Assembly: GCA_000175855.1 (NCBI GenBank)
Contig: ACYB01000011.1
Coordinates: forward strand, 1-32,000
Length of the DNA: 32,000 nt
Direction: 5' to 3'
DNA from: Raphidiopsis brookii D9
GTDB lineage: Bacteria > Cyanobacteriota > Cyanobacteriia > Cyanobacteriales > Nostocaceae
The translations under genes were made by a program, and so were the position numbers. Below the pieces are notes generated by a model. That model saw nothing but the letters and a program-made list of their open reading frames with translations, was not told the origin of the DNA and made no database searches. Positions within the stretch are counted from its first letter, which is position 1. The number at the start of each line of letters is the position of its first letter. This document shows positions 9,173 to 16,846 of this stretch, one piece after another.

Positions 9173-9222
9173 AGTAGATGCACCCTGATGATTTGGAGAG
9201 CTATTTCATGGCTCTCTTTTTT
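9173..9222 (+). ncRNA. Candidate ~50-nt small RNA (promoter plus intrinsic terminator unit)
   Basis: The predicted transcription start is ~7 nt after the -10 element. The terminator stem is gagagc (9196-9201) / gctctc (9211-9216) with a 9-nt loop, followed by TTTTTT (9217-9222). A separate TATAAT (9283-9288) lies downstream and could serve argJ. I do not recognise an RNA family. Confidence 0.35.
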
Positions 9223-9327
9223 CATTCCTGGTAATTTTTGGTGATTTTTTTAGGTTCCCTTCACCATATATATATTATAGTTTATAATATTTGTGCTAAA
9301 AACTTGTGGAATTTTGGGGCCTTGATT

Positions 9328-10569
9328 ATGGCAGACTGGGATGAAATCACGGGTGGTATCACCGCAGCACGGGGATATAGAGCTGCAGGAATCGCAGCTG
9401 GGTTAAAACCTTCGGGACTACCTGATTTAGCTTTAATTCTATCAGACGTAGATGCAATTGCTGCTGGTGTATTCACCACAAGTCATGTAAGGGCCGCCTG
9501 TGTGGATTATTGTCGTCAAAGACTACAAACCAAGCATACAACCAGGGCTATACTGTGTAATGCAGGTCAAGCTAATGCTGCAACTGGTGACCAAGGTATC
9601 AAAGATACAATAGAAAGTGCAAACCTATTAGGGAAAGAACTAAATATAAACCCGGAGTCAATTTTACTTGCTTCTACAGGGGTAATTGGTCAGAGAATTA
9701 AAATGGATGCTTTGGCAAATGGTATACCGAAACTGGTTGCCCAACTCTCGGAAACGGGTTCAGATGCAGCAGCTAAGGCTATTGTGACCACGGATTTAGT
9801 TACCAAATCCATTGCATTAGAAACCACCATACATGACCGCCCAGTACGTATTGGTGGTATTGCCAAAGGTTCGGGGATGATTCACCCCCAAATGGCTACC
9901 ATGCTGGCATTTATCACCTGTGATGCAGCAGTTTCTCCCACTCTATGGCAGCAAATGTTAACACGCGCTGCAGATAGAAGCTTCAATTCCATTACCGTAG
10001 ATGGTGATACCAGCACTAATGATAGTTTAATTGCCTTAGCCAATGGAGAATCGCGCACACCCGCTATTACCGAAATAGGACCAGAATCCGAAAAACTAGA
10101 AGGGATGTTAACAGCTGTTTGTCAACATTTAGCAAAAGCGATCGCTCGTGATGGTGAAGGTGCAACTTGTTTAGTAGAAGTACAGGTTACAGGTGCAGCG
10201 GATGAAACTGCAGCGCGACAAATAGCTAAAACCATTGCTGGGTCATCCCTAGTCAAGGCGGCAATTTTTGGACGTGATCCCAATTGGGGAAGGATTGCTG
10301 GTGCTGCTGGACGTGCGGGAGTGCCATTTGAACAAGATGACCTAAAAATTAAGATTGGTGACTTCCTGCTGATGGAAAATGGTCAACCCTTACCCTTTGA
10401 TAAAGGTGCTGTCAATGCCTATTTAAAACAAGCAGCTTCCGGAACTTATCTCAAAGAAGATACGGTGTTAATTACTGTCAGTGTTGGTCATGGAAATGGT
10501 TTTGGTAAGGCTTGGGGTTGTGATTTGAGTTATGACTATGTAAAAATTAATGCCGAATATACAACTTAG
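9328..10569 (+). CDS. argJ: Bifunctional glutamate N-acetyltransferase / amino-acid acetyltransferase
   Basis: It reads MADWDEITGGITAARGYRAAGIAAGLK, with the autoproteolytic ATMLAFITCDA site and a C-terminal CDLSYDYVKINAEYTT. I placed the start at ATG 9328, in frame with and 30 codons downstream of the track start. Confidence 0.9.
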   Translation: MADWDEITGGITAARGYRAAGIAAGLKPSGLPDLALILSDVDAIAAGVFTTSHVRAACVDYCRQRLQTKHTTRAILCNAGQANAATGDQGIKDTIESANLLGKELNINPESILLASTGVIGQRIKMDALANGIPKLVAQLSETGSDAAAKAIVTTDLVTKSIALETTIHDRPVRIGGIAKGSGMIHPQMATMLAFITCDAAVSPTLWQQMLTRAADRSFNSITVDGDTSTNDSLIALANGESRTPAITEIGPESEKLEGMLTAVCQHLAKAIARDGEGATCLVEVQVTGAADETAARQIAKTIAGSSLVKAAIFGRDPNWGRIAGAAGRAGVPFEQDDLKIKIGDFLLMENGQPLPFDKGAVNAYLKQAASGTYLKEDTVLITVSVGHGNGFGKAWGCDLSYDYVKINAEYTT

Positions 10570-10616
10570 ATAACCTAAGTATAACCTAGATATAACTTTA
10601 GACATAACACATAACT

Positions 10617-11912
10617 ATGAGTGCGACTTCTCAGTTTTTAACTCTAGCGGGGATAATCAACCTAGAAAATAAGGTAATTCCTTGGGAAGAACTAGGCCAG
10701 AATGTACAAGAACGGGTGGGATTGGCAATAGATCAAACCCATCCCAGTTGTATGGTTTATCCCCAAACCCAAGAAGAACTAAGTGGGATTATAGCCACAG
10801 CAAATAGTAATAGATGGCGAGTTCTGACCTGTGGGGGAATGACAAAAATTAACTGGGGTGGTTTAACCAGTACTGATATCATTGTCAGCACGGAACATAT
10901 AAATCAACTCATAGAACATGCGGTTGGTGATCTGACTATTACAGTAGAAGCAGGAATAAAATTCAGGGAAATCCAGGAGATTTTAGGCAACCGTGGGCAA
11001 ACCTTGGGACTAGATCCTGCTTTTCCTGAACATGCGACTATTGGGGGTATAGTAGCGACTGGGGACACTGGTTCTCTGCGTCAACGTTATGGAGGAGTGC
11101 GTGACCAACTTTTAGGCATAACTTTTGTCCGCGCTGATGGAAAAATTGCCAAAGCTGGGGGAAGAGTGGTGAAAAACGTTGCTGGTTATGATCTGATGAA
11201 ATTGTTTACTGGTGCTTATGGTACTCTAGGGGTTATCAGTCAAGTTACTCTTAGGGTTTATCCTTTACCAGAAACTTCAGGAACAGTAATACTAACTGGT
11301 CAACCCGAACCTATTTCCCGAGTTGCCAAAATTCTTCAGAGTTCTCAATTAACACCAACCCAAGCTGATTTAATATCCCATGGATTAGTTTCCCAATTAG
11401 GTTTAGGAGACGGTATTGGTTTAATGGTTAGGTTTCAAAGTATTGAGAGCAGCGTCCAGCAGCAGTTACAAAGATGTTCAACTATGGGAAAAGAACTAGG
11501 TTTAACATCAACAGTCTATTTAGGTAATGAGACCAAGCAAGAAGCCAGTCTATGGCAACAATTACCAGAATTAATCTATAACTGCGGGCACAATGGGGAA
11601 ATTACTGCCAAAATAGGAGTACTGCCAACTGCTGCTGTGAGCATCATTAGTCAAATCCAGTATGGATTAATTCATCTCAATAGCGGGTTAGGTTTAGTCC
11701 GGTTAGAGAATGAAAATCCGGTTCTCACCTTGCGCAGTTTGTGTCAAGAGAATTTAGGATTTTTAAGTATTTTATCCGCACCGGTAACTATCAAAAAAAA
11801 TATGGATGTTTGGGGTTATAATGCCAATAGCGTGGAAATTATGCGACGGATTAAACAACAATTTGATCCCAATTCCATATTAAATCCTGGTCGATTTGTA
11901 GCTGGGATTTAA
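10617..11912 (+). CDS. glcE: FAD-binding oxidase, glycolate oxidase/dehydrogenase subunit GlcE-like
   Basis: It has an FAD_binding_4-type N-terminal half (V.P.T.EEL..II..AN....RV...GG.TK..WG; KNVAGYDL.KLF.G..GTLG). It sits immediately upstream of glcF. Confidence 0.7.
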   Translation: MSATSQFLTLAGIINLENKVIPWEELGQNVQERVGLAIDQTHPSCMVYPQTQEELSGIIATANSNRWRVLTCGGMTKINWGGLTSTDIIVSTEHINQLIEHAVGDLTITVEAGIKFREIQEILGNRGQTLGLDPAFPEHATIGGIVATGDTGSLRQRYGGVRDQLLGITFVRADGKIAKAGGRVVKNVAGYDLMKLFTGAYGTLGVISQVTLRVYPLPETSGTVILTGQPEPISRVAKILQSSQLTPTQADLISHGLVSQLGLGDGIGLMVRFQSIESSVQQQLQRCSTMGKELGLTSTVYLGNETKQEASLWQQLPELIYNCGHNGEITAKIGVLPTAAVSIISQIQYGLIHLNSGLGLVRLENENPVLTLRSLCQENLGFLSILSAPVTIKKNMDVWGYNANSVEIMRRIKQQFDPNSILNPGRFVAGI

Positions 11913-12044
11913 ACTTTGATAATTTATTTGATAGTTTATTTGATAATTTAAATTATGGCAATTTAAATTTTGGTAATAATTAATCAAGCAGATTTTCAAA
12001 AAGTATAAATCAAAAATATCAAAAACTGAAAGAGGAACAAAATC

Positions 12045-13385
12045 ATGCAAATTGCTAGTGGTTCCAGCAATAATATGAAAAATTTACAGGGATTTGATTC
12101 CAACCATCCCCCGGACCCGAAATTAATTGATAGTTGTGTGCATTGTGGATTTTGTCTTTCCACCTGTCCTAGTTATCGGGTGATAGGTAAAGAAATGGAC
12201 TCACCCAGAGGTCGTATTTATTTAATGGACGCTATTAACGAGGGGGAAATTGCCCTAAATACTGCTACAGTTGAACACTTTGACTCTTGCTTAGGTTGTC
12301 TTGCCTGTGTTTCTACCTGTCCTTCTGGAGTGCAGTATGATAAGTTGATTTCCGTGACTCGTCACCAGGTAGAAAGGAATTATCAGCGCAGTTTTGCGGA
12401 TAAATTAATCCGACAATTAATCTTCTCCCTTTTTCCCAATCCAGATATTTTAAGAATATTGCTTTTTCCCCTATTTCTCTATCAAAAGTTAGGAATTTCC
12501 CAATTGTTACGCGCTACCAGACTAATTGAGAAAATATCTCCTAGGTTAGCTGCGATGGAATCAATTTTACCCAAAATTACCATCCAGTCTTTTGGCAATA
12601 ATTTACCAGATATCATTCCCGCTCAGGGTGCAAGACGGTATCGAGTAGGAATGATTTTAGGATGTGTACAACGTCTGTTTTTCTCTCCTGTTAATGAAGC
12701 AACAGTGCGGGTTTTAACTGCTAATGGTTGTGAGGTAGTCATTCCCAAGTCCCAGGGTTGTTGTGCTGCACTTCCCGAACACCAAGGACAAACAGAACAA
12801 GCAAAAGCTTTAGCAAGACAAATGATTGATAGTTTTGCAGATAGTAATGTGGATTTTATCATTATTAATGCTGCTGGTTGTGGTCATACCTTAAAGGAAT
12901 ATGGTCATATTTTAGCTGATGACCCAGAATACACAGCAAAAGCTCAAATATTTGCAGCAAAGGTAAAAGATGTCCAGGAATTTTTAGCGTCGGTTGGTTT
13001 GACTGCTGAACTTTCATCCTTGAGCGATAAACCTTTAACTTTAGTTTATCAAGATGCTTGTCATTTATTGCACGGTCAAAAAATTAGTCTTCAACCTCGT
13101 CAACTTTTAAAACAAATTCCAGGAGTAACTTTAAAGGAACCTTTAGATGCTGCTTTGTGTTGTGGAAGTGCAGGAGTTTATAATCTCCTACAACCAGAAA
13201 TTGCTCAGGAGCTAGGTGAGCAAAAAGCACAGAATTTGTTAAATACAGGTGCTGATATTATTGCTTCTGCTAACCCAGGATGTAGTTTACAAATCAGTAA
13301 ATATTTACCGGATAGAAAAGTATCTGTAATGCACCCTATGGAATTATTGGACTATTCTATTCGTCATCAAAAATTAGAACGGTAA
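12045..13385 (+). CDS. glcF: Glycolate oxidase/dehydrogenase iron-sulfur subunit GlcF
   Basis: It has two ferredoxin-type cluster motifs (CVHCGFCLSTCP and CLGCLACVSTCP), followed by two cysteine-rich CCG-type regions (GCCAALP..., ALCCGSAG..., NPGC). Confidence 0.85.
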   Translation: MQIASGSSNNMKNLQGFDSNHPPDPKLIDSCVHCGFCLSTCPSYRVIGKEMDSPRGRIYLMDAINEGEIALNTATVEHFDSCLGCLACVSTCPSGVQYDKLISVTRHQVERNYQRSFADKLIRQLIFSLFPNPDILRILLFPLFLYQKLGISQLLRATRLIEKISPRLAAMESILPKITIQSFGNNLPDIIPAQGARRYRVGMILGCVQRLFFSPVNEATVRVLTANGCEVVIPKSQGCCAALPEHQGQTEQAKALARQMIDSFADSNVDFIIINAAGCGHTLKEYGHILADDPEYTAKAQIFAAKVKDVQEFLASVGLTAELSSLSDKPLTLVYQDACHLLHGQKISLQPRQLLKQIPGVTLKEPLDAALCCGSAGVYNLLQPEIAQELGEQKAQNLLNTGADIIASANPGCSLQISKYLPDRKVSVMHPMELLDYSIRHQKLER

Positions 13386-13399
13386 ACATTAATCTGAGA

Positions 13400-14383
13400 T
13401 TATTTCATAAATAATTTGAATAAATATTTACTAGCTTTAGGAAGGAAGTATTTAAGTAAATTGGGGAGTAGGAGCATAAATAAGGAATTTGCGATCAATA
13501 AAACCGAATCACGGGAAAAAACATTGATACTAATTACCAAGTTAGTTCCTACCCAAACCAACCAGCTAATAACAGGTTCTATAAATTTATCTACAGATTT
13601 ATTTTTTATCCTCACCAGTAATTTTTTCAATTGACTGATAATTAGTAAACCCAATGTTCCCAAAACTAAAAATATTATTATCCAACCCAAGGTTGAGATT
13701 AATATTGATAACCACAATGACATTCCGGAGGTGATTTTCCAGGTTATAACAGCTGCGGGGAATATAGCAGACACAAACCAATACACTGAATTCAAATTAC
13801 TTCTTAGACATTTGGTGACTTGTTCTGTTAGCCAATAATGGGAATTGACAATTTTAGAAGCATCCCCATTGCTTATTAAGTTTTGGGAGATTTTTTGGAT
13901 GATATCACCGTCAAATAGTATGGTGCTTTGCATCATAATATTTTCAGTTGATTGATAATAGGAGTTAAAGGTAAAACCACATTGAAATTTAATGGTTTTA
14001 TTGCGGTTCTGACTGGTAAGTATTTTCCAAGTTTTTACTAGAAAGAAATATATTAAAACTGATAACTGGGGATGTGGATAAATATCCGCACTCTTATCAT
14101 AATTCTCATCCCTATCAACAGCGGAATCAAAAATAGAATAGTACCATAAATTCAATAACAGTCCCTTAGGTATATCTAGAGATATACCCTGCAATTTTAA
14201 TTGTGCAATTTTTTCCAAAATAGTTCTATTTAAATAAAAACTATATGCTCCTTCCTCAGCTTTTACTTCTAAGCAACAATTATCCTGTCCATTATTTTGG
14301 GGAAATTGCCAGGGAAATAAAAAACTATAATTCAAACTATAATTCAGGTCTGGTTTTTGGTAATTTTCTTGGAATATATTCAC
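13400..14383 (-). CDS. Hypothetical membrane protein: ~200-aa soluble N-terminal region with a DGDI...His module, then about four predicted TM helices
   Basis: A 327-aa ORF, last of three co-oriented genes. Hydrophobic stretches are SVYWFVSAIFPAAVITW, MSLWLSILISTLGWIIIFLVLGTLGLLII, VISWLVWVGTNLVISINVF and VLLIANSLFMLLLPNLL. I recognise no known domain. Confidence 0.6.
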   Translation of the reverse strand: MNIFQENYQKPDLNYSLNYSFLFPWQFPQNNGQDNCCLEVKAEEGAYSFYLNRTILEKIAQLKLQGISLDIPKGLLLNLWYYSIFDSAVDRDENYDKSADIYPHPQLSVLIYFFLVKTWKILTSQNRNKTIKFQCGFTFNSYYQSTENIMMQSTILFDGDIIQKISQNLISNGDASKIVNSHYWLTEQVTKCLRSNLNSVYWFVSAIFPAAVITWKITSGMSLWLSILISTLGWIIIFLVLGTLGLLIISQLKKLLVRIKNKSVDKFIEPVISWLVWVGTNLVISINVFSRDSVLLIANSLFMLLLPNLLKYFLPKASKYLFKLFMK

Positions 14384-14421
14384 GCATCACCCACCCAAAC
14401 AAACTACTAACATATCTAACT

Positions 14422-15201
14422 TCAAGAAGCAATACCTTTGATAAAATTAATCAAAAAGTCTATCACCTCACGCCATTGTTTTTCTCCAGATACTACTCCA
14501 TCATTATGAACCTTCATAATTAGATCTTTGTCAGACTCCTTCAAACCAAATAACTCGCGGTGATAACGAGTAATAATGTCCCCATCTAATTGTATGATGG
14601 TTTGAGCATAGATGGTATCCACATTTTCACTGGTGACATCACCACCATCCAGTGCTGCTTTCATTTCTGAAACCTTCCGCAAGGTCAATACAAACTTATC
14701 ATCAGTCACTAGTTCGGCAATTTTCTGATAATTTTCTACCTGACTTTCCTGGTCAAAAGGTGAGGGTAAAACTATTTGGGATGCTTTTGTGCCATCGGAA
14801 TTTAAGCGATTTTCATCTATATATTTCAGACGACTACGATACCCCTGCACCACCTGAGCTTTGGGTGATGGAGACTCTAATTCCTTGGTTAAAAAGGTAT
14901 AAATATATTCTCTTTCCAATTGCAAGAATATATTAATATAACGTTCTTCTAACTCGGACACAATGTTCTTACTGTCAAAATAATTCGGTTCACTTATGGC
15001 ATAAATATTATAGTATGATTGCCAGGGGTTGAATTTGGAACCGCTAATATTATTTACAACAATTGTATTTACCTCTAAGCTTGTAATGTCCCTAACTATT
15101 ACGCCCACGGTATCAACAAATTTGCCCAGTAGGTCTTTAGCTCTCCCTGCTGTACCTTGATTTGGCTGAGATTCTAAAGAATTTGAGTCTTTTGCTAACA
15201 T
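14422..15201 (-). CDS. Hypothetical soluble protein, larger paralogue of the upstream 162-aa protein (DGDI...His module)
   Basis: A 259-aa ORF, 26 bp downstream of the previous gene. It shares two sequence blocks with the 162-aa protein (see findings). I recognise no known domain. Confidence 0.6.
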   Translation of the reverse strand: MLAKDSNSLESQPNQGTAGRAKDLLGKFVDTVGVIVRDITSLEVNTIVVNNISGSKFNPWQSYYNIYAISEPNYFDSKNIVSELEERYINIFLQLEREYIYTFLTKELESPSPKAQVVQGYRSRLKYIDENRLNSDGTKASQIVLPSPFDQESQVENYQKIAELVTDDKFVLTLRKVSEMKAALDGGDVTSENVDTIYAQTIIQLDGDIITRYHRELFGLKESDKDLIMKVHNDGVVSGEKQWREVIDFLINFIKGIAS

Positions 15202-15227
15202 AATGATTTCTCTTAGTTGGATAAATG

Positions 15228-15716
15228 CTAGGGAAGTTTTGCTAATTGGGAACTTTGGCTATTTTGACTTTGTTTAACCATTGACATCAAAATCTCACCC
15301 AGTTTTTGCACGCTTTCTATATTTTTTTGAATTATTTCCCGACCTTCTTGAACTTGGCTTAAATGAAATTCCCTCAGTTCTGTATATGGACCACTACCAA
15401 TGAAGCTAGTACCTATTTCATTTCTAATGTCACCATCAACCAGGTTAATACGGGTTACCATTTTGTTCTCTGGTTTGGTACTGGAAGCATTGTCATTATA
15501 TGATGACTCATCAATAACAGAAGTTTCAATTTGTAACTCAATTACATCGGCAAGGACTGTCTTAACAATGTCCATGACACTACTTAAGTTCACACTATTG
15601 CTCTTAAAATCTAAATTATTAAGCTGGCTTTGGAACTTATTTACTTTTGGTGACTCGACCTTTTCAATTTGCACTGTTTGGATTTCTAGGTTGGCGGAGA
15701 AGTTGGTTTCAGGCAT
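15228..15716 (-). CDS. Hypothetical soluble protein (DGDI...His module), first gene of a three-gene operon
   Basis: A 162-aa ORF with an ATG start at 15716-15714. I recognise no known domain. Confidence 0.55.
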   Translation of the reverse strand: MPETNFSANLEIQTVQIEKVESPKVNKFQSQLNNLDFKSNSVNLSSVMDIVKTVLADVIELQIETSVIDESSYNDNASSTKPENKMVTRINLVDGDIRNEIGTSFIGSGPYTELREFHLSQVQEGREIIQKNIESVQKLGEILMSMVKQSQNSQSSQLAKLP

Positions 15717-15942
15717 ACTATGTTTTAGGTACTATGTTTTAGATGCTATGTAAACAGGTGTGGATAGGAATGTATGGGTTTCCATTAGCACCACACCAGG
15801 GCATTATTGACTACTTGAGTTTTTTTTTCCATTGTTTTTAAAAAAACTTAACAATGATAGAATGATAGTAAACAATGATAAAGATGACCAGCAAAAAAGT
15901 ATCGGACTGGTTATGTTCTAAACCCATTGTTATGAGTAGGAG

Positions 15943-16737
15943 ATGATGTATTGGTATTGTGGTCAATTGATAAAATCAACAACACTGACATTAGATGTTG
16001 ATGACCCAGGACTAATTTATGGAGCTACAGTTTTTACAACTATTAGGGTATATCAAAACTGTATAAATTACAAACTAACTAACTGGCATGCTCACTGCCT
16101 TCGTTTAAAATCCACCCTGGAGATATTTGACTGGAAAGAACCTAACTGGGTATCCATACGTCAAGGTGCGGAAATACTCTCACAAAATTTCCCCGTCATC
16201 AGAATCACCATTTTCCCCGATGGTCGAGAATGGATTACAGGTAGATTCCTCCCAGAAAACCTAGCTGAAAGACAAAATCATGGTATAATGGTGGCCGTTG
16301 GCAATGTCAGATGGAACCGTTCCCTACCCCAGCATAAAACAGGTAACTATCTGGCTCCTTGGTTGGCAAAAACTAATGCCCAAAGTCTCAAAGCCCAAGA
16401 AGTAATCTTAGTAGATAACCAGGGAAATTGGCTGGAAACTGCCACTGGTAACCTTTGGGGTTGGAAAGACCACTGCTGGTGGACACCACCTCTCACGGAG
16501 GGAATTCTCCCGGGAATCGCGCGATCGCTCATTATCGGGCACTTGGAAGAAAACCAAATTTCCGTCAAGCAAGAACCATGGACAGTAAACCTGGTCAAAG
16601 ACCTAGAGGCGATCGCCTATAGCAATAGCATAGTAGAGATAGTTCCCATATATATGGTGCAGGATTGTCAAGAGAGGTTAGAATATAATCCTAGACATTC
16701 ATGCTTTTGGGAGATCAAAAGATTATTTTTATCATGA
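15943..16737 (+). CDS. Class IV aminotransferase-fold protein (aminodeoxychorismate lyase / branched-chain aminotransferase family)
   Basis: It has the catalytic-lysine block HKTGNYL, the ETATGNLW block and TPPL.EGILPGIAR, all typical of fold-type IV PLP enzymes. Confidence 0.7.
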   Translation: MMYWYCGQLIKSTTLTLDVDDPGLIYGATVFTTIRVYQNCINYKLTNWHAHCLRLKSTLEIFDWKEPNWVSIRQGAEILSQNFPVIRITIFPDGREWITGRFLPENLAERQNHGIMVAVGNVRWNRSLPQHKTGNYLAPWLAKTNAQSLKAQEVILVDNQGNWLETATGNLWGWKDHCWWTPPLTEGILPGIARSLIIGHLEENQISVKQEPWTVNLVKDLEAIAYSNSIVEIVPIYMVQDCQERLEYNPRHSCFWEIKRLFLS

Positions 16738-16846
16738 CAGGAGTGAAGTTTTGGTATATCTTAAGATAAGTTAACATAATTCTCATAAAATCTCTCTTAT
16801 TTTAGAGAACTTAGACTAACGCCCAAAACTAGGAGGATATACCTCA

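Noticed and set aside
9178-9234. 18-codon mini-ORF (MHPDDLESYFMALFFHSW) as a possible arginine-attenuation leader peptide for argJ
   Set aside because: It contains no Arg codons and has no obvious ribosome-binding site. The terminator hairpin is better explained as part of an sRNA or a plain terminator.
9238-9327. 30-codon N-terminal extension of argJ given by the ORF track
   Set aside because: It uses a non-ATG start, and the extension (VIFLGSLHHIYIIVYNICAKNLWNFGALI) covers AT-rich promoter-like DNA. The conserved ArgJ N-terminus begins at ATG 9328.
13416-15753. Plus-strand ORFs 13416-13634, 14245-14523, 14652-14936 and 15400-15753, and minus-strand 13599-13781, inside the three-gene operon
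   Set aside because: AT-rich DNA gives long chance ORFs. Each is fully nested in a longer minus-strand ORF whose products show paralogous motifs, so the longer frames are preferred.
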